DNA of 63,972 bases, filler included, from Dicyema japonicum (lineage: Eukaryota > Animalia > Dicyemida), in the NCBI GenBank assembly GCA_011109175.1. It is 5 parts of 5 records of this genome, joined end to end, with 100 filler letters (N's around TTAATTAATTAA, not from the genome) between each part and the next. Parts side by side here need not be neighbours in the genome. Positions count along the whole stretch, not along the records: positions 34,678 to 61,096 come from RDEW01000024.1; positions 61,197 to 62,815 come from RDEW01000297.1; 3 more parts are not named here. The stretch is one strand, 5' to 3'. Position 1 is the first letter of the stretch. Each line of letters opens with the position of its first letter. Made by a program: the position numbers and the translations under genes. A model generated the notes under the pieces. The model did not search any database and had not been told where the DNA came from. It saw nothing but the letters and a program-made list of their open reading frames with translations. Below, piece after piece: positions 49,720-62,815 of the stretch.

Positions 49720-52329
49720 ACAATCGGTCGTTGATCCCTTTTCCATTGTCTTCTCTTGTTCTTCCGCCTTTTAATTTCTCTGTAATATGTAATATCTGAA
49801 TGATATCTGGGAAAATGTCACCACGTGGAAGTACGTTAATTAACCACTGGTTTTCTTCACTTGAAGGGACAGAAGTAAATAAATGCGTTCTATCACATTT
49901 GATTGACGTGATAACGAAAAGATCAAAGTAAATATCAATCAGGCAGAAAAACAATTTAGTCTTCGCAACTTCAGCTTCTCAGTCTGAAATATAACATTCA
50001 AATGCAAGTTCCTAAATCCCCCACCACCTCATGTGCGAAATCAATCCTGACCTCATGACTTTTACCAAGAGATCTTCTTAAAAAGGTAGAATTATTACCA
50101 TTTCAATCTAAATTACTATTTTCATTCTTCAATATATTTTTCTAAATTCGCAGTGATGTCATTGTTTGAGATGTCTGTGTCTCATATATATTTCCTTTGA
50201 TCTTTTTAAATGAAGCAAAATATTTCAAAGTTGTTATTACTAAATTCTTTATAACCTTAGGATCATTAGGAGATCTCATTATTTTCACGTGACTCGAGTG
50301 CACTATGGGTTAGCTCTAGTACATTCTAGTTCTTCGTCCAGTCAAGGTGATATAGCCTCTTGTCTCCCTTCTCAATAGACGTTGAAGAGATTGAAGACCC
50401 GAGGTTTTAAAATAAGAAATAATCGAATTCACAAATGTCTGGGTTCAACTCCAGTCTGACTCGAATTGAGCAACTTAAACAAGTCTGTCTGAAAGAGGAA
50501 TGAGATTTATTTTAAACTACAAACCTTCAAAGCAAAATTTGATAACTTTTGACTTAAATCTGATGTTTCCATAAAGCTGAGATATTCGTGGATATGTCAT
50601 CAACAGTCTCCACAAAAAACCTCAAAGGGTCATAATTTGCTAAAGCATCAACACTAACAAATATCTTTGAAAAAAAAGACTTATTCTTTGTTTGAGATGG
50701 AATTATTAAAAGAGTTTATTTCAACTATCTTTCATAGATTTAGTTTAAAGACAACATCTTTGATAATCCACCACTTACATTGACTAAACGGTTCATCCTC
50801 TTTTGGGGTCACTTTGCGAAGGCCGACATCCTTCGTGACTGAAAAACTTCAAGGGAATATCCTTCACAGACTTTTGGCTGAATTGAGAATTCACAAACAA
50901 ACCATTTCTAGCTAAGATACATATTATGTCTTTCAACAAGAACGCATATCTTTTATAGGTTGAGCTGATGATCTTTAATTTCATCGAGTAAAAAGTTTAT
51001 CCCCCTTTGGAGTCACTTTGTATGTCCTTTATAGCATTTATCCGTATAGAGGAATATAACTCAAGAAACCAACCTTACTATATGGTTAGTCCCTTTCTAG
51101 ACAGTACCGAAGCGAAGAGAGACATCCTACTCGTTTGGAAGAATCTGATTTAGATTCCATGAAACATATTTTATGATTGCCAATATTCCACATGGACAAT
51201 ATTATTCATGGAATTAAGCAATTAATCTCAGATTACTGACATGATCGATGCAAATATTTCACAAATCAATGATTTCATCTTCAAAGGTACATGTCCTTCA
51301 TGGGTCACTGATTTCATGCCATAACATAAGCTACAGATGTCCGCCTAAAACTCATATCTTCCTTGACTTTGAGCTGCAAGGCTATTAATATTCAATAGAC
51401 ATAGAAGTTCGCCTTCCCATATTTATTAAAAAACAGCCACCGAATGCCTCCCAAATTCATCTTCTTAGGCTTTCAACTGCAAAATTTTATGACTACGAGT
51501 TCGAATCCCCCTGATATATTCAAATCATAACCATAACAAGAAGCTGATCATAACGCTCTTTCAGGGAATTAATGGATTGTTGAAAAGACTCATTTTCTGT
51601 TGTTAGAACTGGAATGAAAACAACCGTCTACCAGCATTCTTCGCACTAAGACTGGCGATTCTCGCATTTAGAACAGCTGCTTCACTCTAAGCAATTAAAA
51701 GGCTAAGCAATTATTTCACATTTTTACCCTTTTTGGAGACATCCCCCTAAAAGTAATACACAAAAGAACCTTTTCACTTAAAAAAGTGATTCCCGTTCTG
51801 CAATTCGAAGACCTATTTATTTTCTCGAACTATAAACGGCTTCATCCCCTCTTCTATCGGGTTCTCATTTATGAAGACACTTTGACTGACCTTCAATGTC
51901 GCATCAAACAGACCAGGTCCACCAGACGTGGTTGTGACGAAAATTTTCACCCCCTGAGTGAGTTCCTTATTCCTTAGCAAGAAATCAATACGAGGGTGTT
52001 GGGCTCAATGGAAATGAAGAATAGCGAGGGGGAGTGGTAGATCACATTCGCCATAACCGACCTCCCCCGATTATGACATCAATAATGTCCCCAAGTGATG
52101 AGCCAAAGTTTGTCCCGTGAACATAAATTTTCTCCTTTTTATCAGATCTAATTCGTTTGGGCTTTATGGAAGTCACGTGTGGAATCTTCGAAACCAAATT
52201 CTGATTTTTGAGATCAAATACCTGTTTTTCATTTACTGACACGACCTCATCCCTCAGAGAACTCTGAATGGAGCCAGCGGGGGATCCGGGCTTCGTTGCT
52301 ATGGAAGATATTCTGTTTGTCGATTCCAT
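49720..52329 (-). CDS. Exocyst component 2 (Sec5/EXOC2)-like gene with tiny introns; frameshifted as assembled, 3' end uncertain
   Basis: IPT/TIG domain PHVTSIKP...IYVHGTNFGSSLGDIIDVIIGG-RSVMANVIYHSPS...KIFVTTTSGGPG resembles EXOC2 PLVTGISP...VTIRGENLG...IIVTTKSGGRG. A 26-nt intron at 51966-51991 restores the frame; further 23-35 nt GT-AG candidates lie downstream. Confidence 0.55.
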
Positions 52330-55269
52330 GGCCGAATGTTTGGCCAAATCGTTTATATTCTCAGAGAAGACCGAGACCGTGCTGTTCTTCGTAGAAAACC
52401 AGTCGATCGATAATTTTGAGTTTTTTTTTTAAATAACTGTTTTTAAAAAAGCATTGAGCCAGTTTTGGGACTCAATCCAGCCTGAGATAGAAATACTCTG
52501 GAAACCCAGTATTTGAAAGATATTTCACCACAAACAATTAGAAACACCCTGAACATGCACAAACGGGAGTTTATTTAGACTGAAAATGAAAATATTGAGT
52601 GCCTGTTGTCCTCCTCACTGGGATTATCACTCAAAGGGAGAATAATCTTCCCAATTTTTTTATTATTATCCAAATTTTTCAAAGTTAGGTCATCCTTGCA
52701 GTCGATCTTTAGTGGACTACATTATTTGGAGAATTTATCAACATTTTGGCTTTCTCGTTCCATTCAGAGTTCCCATCACCTACTGAATCGCTTGCTGTAC
52801 TGAATTTTTTCCTGCCGACTCCGAAAACANNNNNNNNNNNNNNNNNNNNNNNNNNNNNNNNNNNNNNNNNNNNNNNNNNNNNNNNNNNNNNNNNNNNNNN
52901 NNNNNNNNNNNNNNNNNNNNNNNNNNNNNNNNNNNNNNNNNNNNNNNNNNNNNNNNNNNNNNNNNNNNNNNNNNNNNNNNNNNNNNNNNNNNNNNNNNNN
53001 NNNNNNNNNNNNNNNNNNNNNNNNNNNNNNNNNNNNNNNNNNNNNNNNNNNNNNNNNNNNNNNNNNNNNNNNNNNNNNNNNNNNNNNNNNNNNNNNNNNN
53101 NNNNNNNNNNNNNNNNNNNNNNNNNNNNNNNNNNNNNNNNNNNNNNNNNNNNNNNNNNNNNNNNNNNNNNNNNNNNNNNNNNNNNNNNNNNNNNNNNNNN
53201 NNNNNNNNNNNNNNNNNNNNNNNNNNNNNNNNTTTATTCCTGATTGTTTTTAATGGGTTAAATGTTTATTTAATGATCATGGTTGGTTTTACTGTGGTCT
53301 TGAGATATTAATTAAATAAAATTTTATTTTTCATGTGAAAACAATTTCATTCATCATTACTAATGACCAGAAATTTTTGGATGATCTTCGTCCCTTCATC
53401 GACGGATCTTCACTTACGAGGGTTTCAACCCAATGGGATTTATCTAAAAAAATCCGAATGATTTTGAGGTATTGGCATCGTCTTTACGTTCACACAATTC
53501 GAGAAAATCTTACGTAAACCAAGTTCACAACAGAAAGTGGCGCTGTCTCCCTGGAGTTTTATCAAAAAAGCACATTTGATTTTCCCTTTGCTTAAGTGCA
53601 AAGTTGTTCTAAGAGTTTGTTAAGGCAGAGTGAAATGTCAACACAACTTAGAGGACGACACGTGTTTATTATTCTGTTGGTTGATGTGTATAAGTTAACT
53701 CATTTTTTAAGAAATATTCCGAGTTGGTTGTCAACTTTTATTCAAATTGTTGGATTGTGAAAAAATTGCTTATTCAGATCTTAAAACCATAAAAAAATTT
53801 TTCATAGTTATATTTCTCATCCTTGCTACGCCTATTTGAAAAGGAAATTTTCAATTACCATTTAACTTTTATTCAAATTGTTGGATTGTGAAAAAATTGC
53901 TTATTCAGATCTTAAAACCATAAAAAAATTTTTCATAGTTATATTTCTCATTCTTGCTACGCCTATTTGAAAAGGAAATTTTCAATTACCATTTAGACAA
54001 CAGCTTGGAATTGCGAAAAAATAAATGAAATTGTTGGCCCGTTAATATTTCTGAATAATTGTCATGACGGACAATATATTTTTTGATTATTGGTATTGGG
54101 GAAAATTGCCTTTCCAAAAACGACCTATTTGTGAATTTTATTGTATTGATTCTGCCATTATGCATCTTCAAAATGTGTTGAAATGGATGAAGGGAAAATT
54201 GCCTTTCCAAAAACGACCTATTTGTGAATTTTATTGTATTGATTCTGCCCTTATGCATCTTCAAAATGTGTTGAAATGGATGAAATAGAGATGTTGGAGA
54301 TCAAGCGCGACAAATTTGTCATCTTGAATCAGATTCTCCAATATATTTTTTAGTTAAAAATTCACATAAATTGTTTTAGCTCATCTATTTCACTTAAAAT
54401 GCATTTATAGTGTTTTAAATATAAATCCCGACGTGGTTGTGACAAGACGGGGTAGTTGGTTACCACAGCAAAATTTTTTTAAAGCTATTTTAGACTTGGA
54501 CAGATTCACTTTATGGCAAATCCTAGTAAAGTGAATGAATATATTCAAATTACAAGGATTTTGGAAATACTGAAATATTGAAAAACGAGTACAATGTAAT
54601 TGGCTTTTGCGGAGTTCAATACTAACATTTTACTAACTTAATCGGTTTTTTTTCGGGGATGTAAATTGGTTTTTTTAAAGCTATNTTAGACTTGGACAGA
54701 TTCACTTTATGGCAAATCCTAGTAAAGTGAATGAATATATTCAAATTACAAGGATTTTGGAAATACTGAAATATTGAAAAACGATTACAATGTATTTGGC
54801 TTTTGCGGAGTTCAATACTAACATTTTACAAACTTAATCGGGTTATTTTCGGGGATATAAATTTGTGTTAATTAATTCAAATTTATTATGATTTAATTAA
54901 AATCCTGGTTGGACAACTGAATCATTAAGCTATGCTCTTGTCTTTGAAAAAATAATTTTATTTCAAAAAACGATGAGAGAAGGAATCAACTAGCTTTACT
55001 CACACACGATTCTCTCATTCGAAAAAGAATATGTTCAAACAGTTGAGAACGTGGATGTGACTATTGACTCTATTAGGAACATCTTCATTTATTGGAATAC
55101 TGCAATATAAACCAATATGGACCCATATAATAAAATGTTTTGACCAGAAAGGTTTATGCAACTCTTTTTGAAAGACTCCAAAAATGATCAAAAAACTTTT
55201 TAAAGACGAGAACGTTCATCTTCTATCCATAAAGAACACTGTAAAACGAAGCACAAAATTAATAAAAAT

Positions 55270-55780
55270 TAACCATACACCCTTCTAGAACATCACTTGG
55301 GGTAACCCTTATCAAATACTCTAAAACAACACCAAACAGAACTGGATCTTTCTCCACAAACTTACAGGTACACAGCGACAGTTTGAATCACACCATGTTC
55401 AACTTGAGATTGAAATACGCACAACATCCACGCCACGAGCTTCAGCACCCCATTAGGTGTGTCTTACATGAACCTGGATCTGCGAAATCGTAACGAAAGT
55501 GTAGTTCGGAATGTACTTCAGCAGGAACTTCTCAGAGAGATGATCTTTGAGAAGCTCTTTTTAATAATTAAATCCAGGTTGTTCCGTTTACTCAAACCAT
55601 TTAAATCCAGTATAAAAAAGACACTCCTTGGGCCTACTCACGAAGAAATTGGGGCTAGTCACGAGGGAAGCTTTATTTCTACATTCTACCTAACATAGTT
55701 TAACTAGTGATTGTGCAGGTATCAATTATTTTCCAAAGTGTCGTTAAAACAGAAGTGGCCATTTTTTATTTGGACTTTTT
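55270..55780 (-). pseudogene. PP2A B56 regulatory-subunit-like pseudogene fragment
   Basis: KWPLL, LVTSPNF, KSFSKIISLR, RFM*DTPNGV and KLSLCTCKFVEKDPVL...LIRVTP occur in B56 order (WPHL, ESPDF, GKFLGLR, RFIYE..NGI, QLAYCVVQFLEKDP..YWP), with stops and deletions. Confidence 0.45.
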
Positions 55781-55879
55781 TTGAGGTTACCAATCTTTCT
55801 AAACTTTCTCTATCAAAATAGTAAAAACCGAGATATGTATGTATTGGCTCTAGAGATGAACATTGTGTCATGTTGAGGT

Positions 55880-55950
55880 TTCTGTTGAGCATTCCGGGAT
55901 CATGTGAATAGTTAGTTTGATGTCACCGTGGTCTTTGGAATTTTTTATTT
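55880..55950 (+). repeat. Repeat family B, 3' tail
   Basis: GGGATCATGTGAATAGTTAGTTTG...ACCGTGGTCTTTGG matches the 34830-34880 tail. Confidence 0.55.
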
Positions 55951-56340
55951 CATGTTGTAATTCAAAGTTCTCAGTTATAAGTAGAGATTTTATCCACAAG
56001 TTCTTTCAATCTCCTATATTACTGGTTTTCATGAGCAAATGTGAGAAGCTCTTGTCAGGCGATAGTTCCCTTTATCTGTTAAATAGAATTGTCCGTGAGT
56101 CATTCTAGAAGTAAGACTAAGGTAAAAATTAAATGGAGATCTAACGAGGACATGTCAATAGGACAAGATACCAACGCTCCCATCCAGAATCTTTGAGATG
56201 TAATTTGAAGGAGTATTCCCGTGATAGAGACCTCAAAGGAGATTCAGCTACATTCAACAATCACGCCTAAAGAAGATGATTATTCGTGAATGTGTCGGAG
56301 TATTCCCGTGATAGAGACCTCAAAGGAGATTCAGCTACAT

Positions 56341-56893
56341 TCAACAATCACGCCTAAAGAAGATGATTATTCGTGAATATGTCTTATAACTTTTGTTAAG
56401 GAAAAAATTTTCTCTACCATAAAACAGATTTTCGGTGGTGAATTGGATAAAGCTCTTAGCAAGAGGTAGTGGACTGAGGCTTGTTTTCGTAAAATGTCCA
56501 CCTATCTTTGAGGCTGACACCAAAAATGGACAATTAGACCTCTCTCGTCCTACTAATTCCTTATGGTTCTAACAACTATTTATACTGACGTTTCCTATTT
56601 CGTTTAAAAATCCATGTACTCTTAGGAAGACTTATAACTGTCGACGAACATAAAAATGTATACTCAGGTAATTAATTTTCCGGAGTAAATCGACCAAACT
56701 GGATGACTAAGGTTAACACCAAATTGACTGAATCCTGGATCTTGACGAATTCAGCAGAACATTCACCCAAGCTCAATGATCCAAAGGACGTTATCTGGGG
56801 AGCTGAGGTCGATCCCAGAAGTCGCGAAATTGAATAAATATATCCTTTTGAACTCCCCATAAGAAAAATCCACATAATGATTGACTTTTCCAT
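56341..56893 (-). pseudogene. Possible degraded secreted-protein gene
   Basis: Hydrophobic N-terminus; the frame continues through single stops and a 25-nt GT-AG intron (GTACATGGATTTTTAAACGAAATAG). Confidence 0.25.
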
Positions 56894-57071
56894 TAAGAAA
56901 ATTTAAAATATAAAATAAATCAGTTCGATTTATTCACTTTTTTTAAATACAATAATTCACTTTTTACTTTATGGCATTGGCAGTGTTCAGAGGTTTCTTG
57001 CAAGTTTCCTCAATAACTAGAACGATTTTTGGCAATTTACTGTAACATTTTGAATAATAGTAATAATTCTG

Positions 57072-57130
57072 TGTGAGCGCTGCTGGCTATTTGAGGTAAT
57101 CTCGTCATCCTGAGAGGGAATATCCAAACA
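57072..57130 (+). mobile_element. CRE-clade extreme 3' remnant
   Basis: GAGCGCTGCTGGCTATTTGAG...ATCCTGAGAGGGAAT matches the 28065-28110 tail. Confidence 0.5.
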
Positions 57131-57299
57131 TAGCGCTTACTTTATAAGATTGAGTGTTTCTTAATATAATAAATTCATTATAGTGTGGAAAATGTTTCTC
57201 GTTTTACTAATTAAAGAAAAAATAATCCAAATTAACAAGAATCTGGAGAGTTCAATAACGACGATAATTGGTGAGGGTCTCAGAGAAATATAAATAGCA

Positions 57300-59240
57300 T
57301 TATTATTACCTCCAGGATCAATGAGTCAAAGAAAAGACATAAAATGTTCTCAACTAACTAAGTGATCCCAGACCGACAAAGGAGAGGACGACTCCGGTTG
57401 GATCGAGAATCCTGAACAGCCCTTTTTATTGGACATGGTATCAGCTCAAAATTTCTGAATGATTGTAGATATTTCGATGGTGTATGGAACAGAGAGCAAC
57501 TCTGTAAACTGGCCTCTTTTAAGAGTTTCCGTTATAATTCGATTATGAGATTTTCAATGAACTGGATTATGTGTTCTGGTACAATCATCCTTATTGCGGC
57601 GGAGAGTTTCAATGAGGAGGATTGTGAAATCTGCATTGCCCATGAAAAACTTGCATACGTCATCGTGGGTCGAATAAATTGTTTATAAATCGTGGCAAGG
57701 TCACCAGTTCGGTCTCTAAGTATTTTTGAGAGGACTTTTAAAATTCTCATTTTTCTCGAAGCAGAGGTTACCATGTTTTCAACATGTCGGATAAAGGTGA
57801 GTCCCTGATCAAAGGTGACTCCCAGAGTCTTTGGTGTTTTGTTAATAGGGATAGCCTCGTTCTTCATAAAGAGTTTTGTTTCGTTACAGAGCTGTCTTTT
57901 GTAAGTGGTNGTTACCATGTTTTCAACATGTCGGATAAAGGTGAGTACCTGATCAAAGGTGACTCCTAGAGTCTTTGGTGTTTTGTTAATAGGGATAGCC
58001 TCGTTCTTCATAAAGAGTTTTGTTTCGTTACAGAGCTGTCTTTTGTAAGTGGTAAACAGCGTGACAGAGGACTTTGATGCTGATGTGTTGAGTCTCCGTT
58101 TCCAGAGCCATAGTTCCAGCTTGTCAAGCATTTATTGAATGGACAGAGTTGCTGATTGAATGCTTCTTTCTATGGAGGAAAGAATGATATTGTCGGAATC
58201 GGAGAGGATAAGGCAGTTTTTATTACAGGTTTGTGGCATGTCGTTTATGTAGAGATTAAAGAGTTGGGGTGATATTGGGTAGCTTTGAGGGACTCCATTT
58301 GGGAAGTATCGAGATCTTGATTTGATGTTGTTGCAGAATAGTTTTCTTGAGAGTGTGTCGAAAGCCTTTGTTACATCAACAGAGACCAAAACTGTTCGTT
58401 AGTGTTTTTAGTGGAATTTGAATCCCTCCGCAATGATCTGGCACAGGGACGTTAGGCATGTTGCTGTGGAGTGTTTATCCCTGAATCCATGTTGGAAAGG
58501 AGAAAGCGGTATGTAGTCTTTCATAATTTCAAGAACTAATCTTTCAGTATTCGGGAAAGTGAACATAAAATCGAGATTGGTTTGTAGGAAGAGAGGTCAT
58601 TTTCGGATTTTCCTAACTGCAAGATCGGTTTGATGTATGATCTCTTCCAGACATATGGAATAGTGTTCATATTTTTGATATTTTGAATATGTATGCAATT
58701 CGCCGTAAATATGGTCCACACGTATGATCCTTTCGGTGTTATTCTTGTATGATCTCTTCCAGACATATGGAATAGTGTTCATATTTTTGATATTTTGAAT
58801 ATGTATGCAATTCGCCGTAAATATGGTCCACACGTATGATCCTTTCGGTGTTATTCTGTTTAAGAGTACTTGGTGTTCTTTGGAGTGGTTTGAATGTACT
58901 ATGGAAGCATAGTATTTCATTAAGGCGTTTGCTTGTAATGATATTTCGGTTCATCACAGACCTTTTGATACTCGATTTTATTTCAGACCTTCTGTACTGA
59001 CGGATTTTCTGTTAAAACTTTTGATAGTTCTGTCTAGCGTTTCTCGTTTGCTTTACTGATATATTTGTTAATCTCCTTGTTTAGTGCAAGAATTCATATT
59101 GTATCCTTCTTCGACAGGTATGTTTTTATTCTTTAAATAATTTCTTTCTTTGACTAAATGTTTGGCTGTTGAATTGCTTGTTTATCGGTTGTCTTCCCAT
59201 TGGAATAAATAATTTTCTAGTTTCTTGAATGAACGAATTA
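57300..59240 (-). mobile_element. Vingi-like LINE, second copy, 5' truncated
   Basis: Colinear with 8200-10070 including the 3' UTR; VSVDVTKAFD, GVPQ and YKQFIRPTMTYAS. Confidence 0.88.
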
Positions 59241-59699
59241 CCTTATATAACTATTATATTGGAATAAATATTGAACCTTATGAATTTGGGATACTAAGCG
59301 ACAAATACGGCAACTGCTTACGACCCTCAAACATGCAAATTAAGAAAGATTATATTTAAACAGGAAGACTTTTAGGAGAGAACATGCCTCAGTCACTTTC
59401 AAAAGTAAACTGATGCTCTTTTAATTCCATAAAATTCTTATAAGGCAGTCGGCTATATTTTTTCCAAGGTCAGGAATTCTACTAGCAATTAAATAAAGGA
59501 AATTGCATTTGACTACAATAGCAGTATTTCTTGTCTCTAAATATGTAATTACCGAGAAAAACACATAAATATTTAGTCCCCCATGACTACTCAGACTCAA
59601 TAATTGCTTGATAAAATTAATTGTAAAAAAGTTAAATACTGTGGTCTTCAGATGTATAGAGGAACCCGATTTGACTCTCGAAACTATGCTAATTGAACA

Positions 59700-60520
59700 C
59701 AAATACGGTATGAAGGTTTCTGATGAAGAGTACACCTCTGCTACTTCTCAACTTGTAGGAACTGGCTTGCCGTGAGGACATGTCATTGGACTCTAACGCA
59801 GATATTTCGACTGATTTAAGATATCTTGATCGTGGGATCCGACTAATAGGTCATCAGCATCTGATAGGAAGAAATCGTCTTTATTATCGGGTTGTGGTAA
59901 TTCGGACATGTATAAGTTAAATAAAGCGGCTCATAAAGGAGAACCTTGAGGGACACCATTAGGTAGTAATGTTGAAACTGATTTGGTCCCATCCAAGTAT
60001 ACCCTGGCCCTTCTTCCATTGATAAAGTTAGCAATCCAAAGTTTTATATTGGGTTTGACAGGGAGGGAAAACAATTTCCGGGTAAGGATAATTCCTGAGA
60101 CAGAGTCGAAGGCCTTTTGTAAATCGATCGAGCAAATTACTGTTTTGAGGTGACGAGGATTTGTGCTAAAGCTTTCAATGATAATTTGGTTGAAGGAGGT
60201 TATGTGGTAGAAGTTGAATGACCCTTTCTGAATCCATGTTGTGGGGACGAAAAAGGAAGGGACATTGAATAGTTGACAATAAATGTGGTTGCATCAATCG
60301 CAATAGGTACAAGGTGTTTTAATAGATTACCAAGTACAAAGTCAGTCCCACATAAGAAGGAAGAATTCATTCTCTTTAAACCCTCACTGACATCTGAATG
60401 TGAGATAATGTTAATCGGCTGTCTTCTCTGCGGACTTATTGAGGATAAAGAAGGCCCATTGATTTTCCTGAGAGGTTTTTGCTTATACTAGCGTAATATT
60501 TCATGAGCTTGTTAAGACTG
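59700..60520 (-). mobile_element. Related LINE RT fragment (different subfamily, internally deleted)
   Basis: HGFRKGHST, SIDLQKAFDSV, NIKLWIANFINGRRA, NGVPQGSPL and DADDL. Confidence 0.8.
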
Positions 60521-61197
60521 TGCTGAAAAGTGATAATAGCAAGTCCAGCATGTCACATAGTATCCTGGTAGAGTGTATGGAAAGATTCCCAAATATTTTT
60601 GAAATTGTAAATAAGTACTATAGTCTATCTTCATCCTTACTCTTCGAGAAATACCTAATCCAGAATGCAACAAGGAAACTCCAATTGACTTTTTAAAAAT
60701 TAAAATACAATAAATCCTCGAAAAAATGTCAATTTTTTAATTTTCCACAATTTTAATTTTTATATCAAATTGTTTCTTAAATCAGTGTAACTTTTTCATT
60801 CTGGATATGACGGTGTTTTTGGTTCAATAAGTTTAAAATTGAAAAAGCTTACACATTTGAAAAACAAATATATAAATCTTTTGTTCTATTTTTCCACATT
60901 TGATGTTTTCTTACTAAAAATTATTATTACTTTTAAGATCATAAAATATCCCAAAAAAGGTTTTCAAAGAGTTTGGGTTTTGCCGAAACGAGGTGGAATG
61001 TGTGAATATAATGCAGTCTAGTACTCCAGGAATAGTACTCTTCAGGTCTGTGGAATAATTATGTCAATGATAAAATACATTAAGTAGATAATCAAANNNN
61101 NNNNNNNNNNNNNNNNNNNNNNNNNNNNNNNNNNNNNNNNTTAATTAATTAANNNNNNNNNNNNNNNNNNNNNNNNNNNNNNNNNNNNNNNNNNNNT

Positions 61198-61497
61198 GTG
61201 ACTCAAGTCGAAGACCCGGTAAAAACTGAGGATACATTCTGCTTTGATGATGATGGATATCATTTTAATTCTCACTACAATAAGAAAAAATACATGAAAA
61301 ATCGGGAAAAAGATCGAAGGAGAAAAATCGCCAGAAAAATGGACAAGCTGAAGACATGCATTCCGTCGCTTGCTTGTAAAAAGGCAACGAAGGTTGTCAT
61401 TTTGACCGAAGCTACGGCCTTAATTTTGGCAATGAAAAATAAATGTCTCCGTCAGATAGAAGAAGCGACGAGGCTGAAGTTGCTGGTCAAAGAGTAA
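61198..61497 (+). CDS. Myc/Max-like bHLH(-Zip) transcription factor, 5' end lost in a gap
   Basis: KNREKDRRRKIARKMDKLKTCIPSL..KKATKVVILTEATALILAM resembles Myc HNVLERQRR..LK..F..LR..IP.L...KAPKVVILKKATAYILSV. Confidence 0.75.
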   Translation: MTQVEDPVKTEDTFCFDDDGYHFNSHYNKKKYMKNREKDRRRKIARKMDKLKTCIPSLACKKATKVVILTEATALILAMKNKCLRQIEEATRLKLLVKE

Positions 61498-62704
61498 TCA
61501 GAGTCCATATTGAAGCGAATAGAATCCATGTCACGTGAGGACCTTGAGAAGTGAATTGACTCTAATTAATTTTCTTTTGTATTTTAGCTTTGTTTTGTTC
61601 GTTTATGTCACTTACAAAGGCATTCCAATCACCAGCAATGAATATAAGGTAAGATAAAGAAAAAATTGTACGCTTCATTTACAGTTGAGTAGAAACTCTC
61701 TAGTTCTTCAGGGTTAGATGAAACTCTGACTTCTGTTGGAGTATATAGATTCATTTAGAGATCACAGAATTCGGTTTATCCCCCATCTGTATCGCACATC
61801 AGCTACTCGGTTAGAAACTGACCAGATTCGAGTTACATGAGTGCGGATATTGTGATCTAATCCATAGTGTCTACATGTTGTTGGGGGAGTCATCTTATAT
61901 TGGAAGAAAAGATTTATCTACTAGAGAAGCTGCTCAGGTCAAATCTCCTTTATCTTGCTACCTTCAACATTTAGCCGCACAGGGATTCGAGCGATAATTT
62001 TTCTAAAAGATTAATATGTATGAATATCACGGAAAATAGGCTAGTATACCATAATATGTATAACTGTGAGAAGCAGACACCGATTGAATTCAGACTACTA
62101 TAAATAAAGTTACGCTAACTTTTAAAAAAGTATATTTTCAGAAATCAGTTGATTTTTGCTCTCAAAGAATTAAACTTATGGAAGTTCGAAAGTGAAATTC
62201 CATAAGCCTAGGAAACGCAAGCTGTCTGCGATCGTATCTTTATTAGGGAAGTTGGGTATTTATCGACGTATTAAGAGTTCTCTTTAATGAAACATATATG
62301 TATTCTAGCCTCTTCTACGTTGGCCTCAATGAACCGGATGTAACCGAAACTGGGGTTAATAGTTTAATTTTTAAGCATCTGACTTGGGAAATTGAATCCC
62401 TTCAAGAAATGATCCGGTGAATGAAGAGTTAAAGACTAATCGTTGAAATGGCGCAACCAATAATGATGGGAGGAATGTTATGATAGAATATTGCTAATAT
62501 AACTACAGGCCCCTGCTTGATATTTGGATTTTTCCGACCTCCGTCTTGCTAACCTTGTGTTATGGTACAACGAATCCAAAAAAAGTAATAACAGTTTTAC
62601 CACTTCCAGTATTAAAATTGTTATTGGTGATTCTCATGTATGATCTCCTTGCTTCTAAAGATTTAAGGTATATTAGCGATATTCTATCAACTCATCTTTG
62701 TAAG

Positions 62705-62815
62705 GTATATTTTTATTTATTTAACACCCAAGACCACGGTAAAACCAAAACTAACTATCACGTGATCCTGATGCGCTCCGCCAAAATCCTCATTCTTTCC
62801 TGGTGCTCTTCTCTC
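62705..62815 (-). repeat. Repeat family B copy
   Basis: Reverse complement nearly identical to 34790-34890. Confidence 0.7.

Noticed and set aside
51300-51520. QGDSNS...ADI resembling RT motifs on the minus strand
   Set aside because: No other RT motifs are in register; the segment lies within the Sec5-like gene right after a probable intron acceptor.
18149-53243. Long ORFs in the track that span N gaps (18149, 18326, 18366, 22630-23096, 25573, 52746)
   Set aside because: They are open only because NNN is not a stop codon.
55270-61554. Stop-codon reassignment, suggested by isolated in-frame TAA/TAG/TGA in host-like frames
   Set aside because: The intact 44700-45556 gene uses only CAA/CAG for its roughly ten Gln residues, has no internal stops, and ends at TAA right after its hydrophobic tail. 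The interrupting stops align to inconsistent residues.
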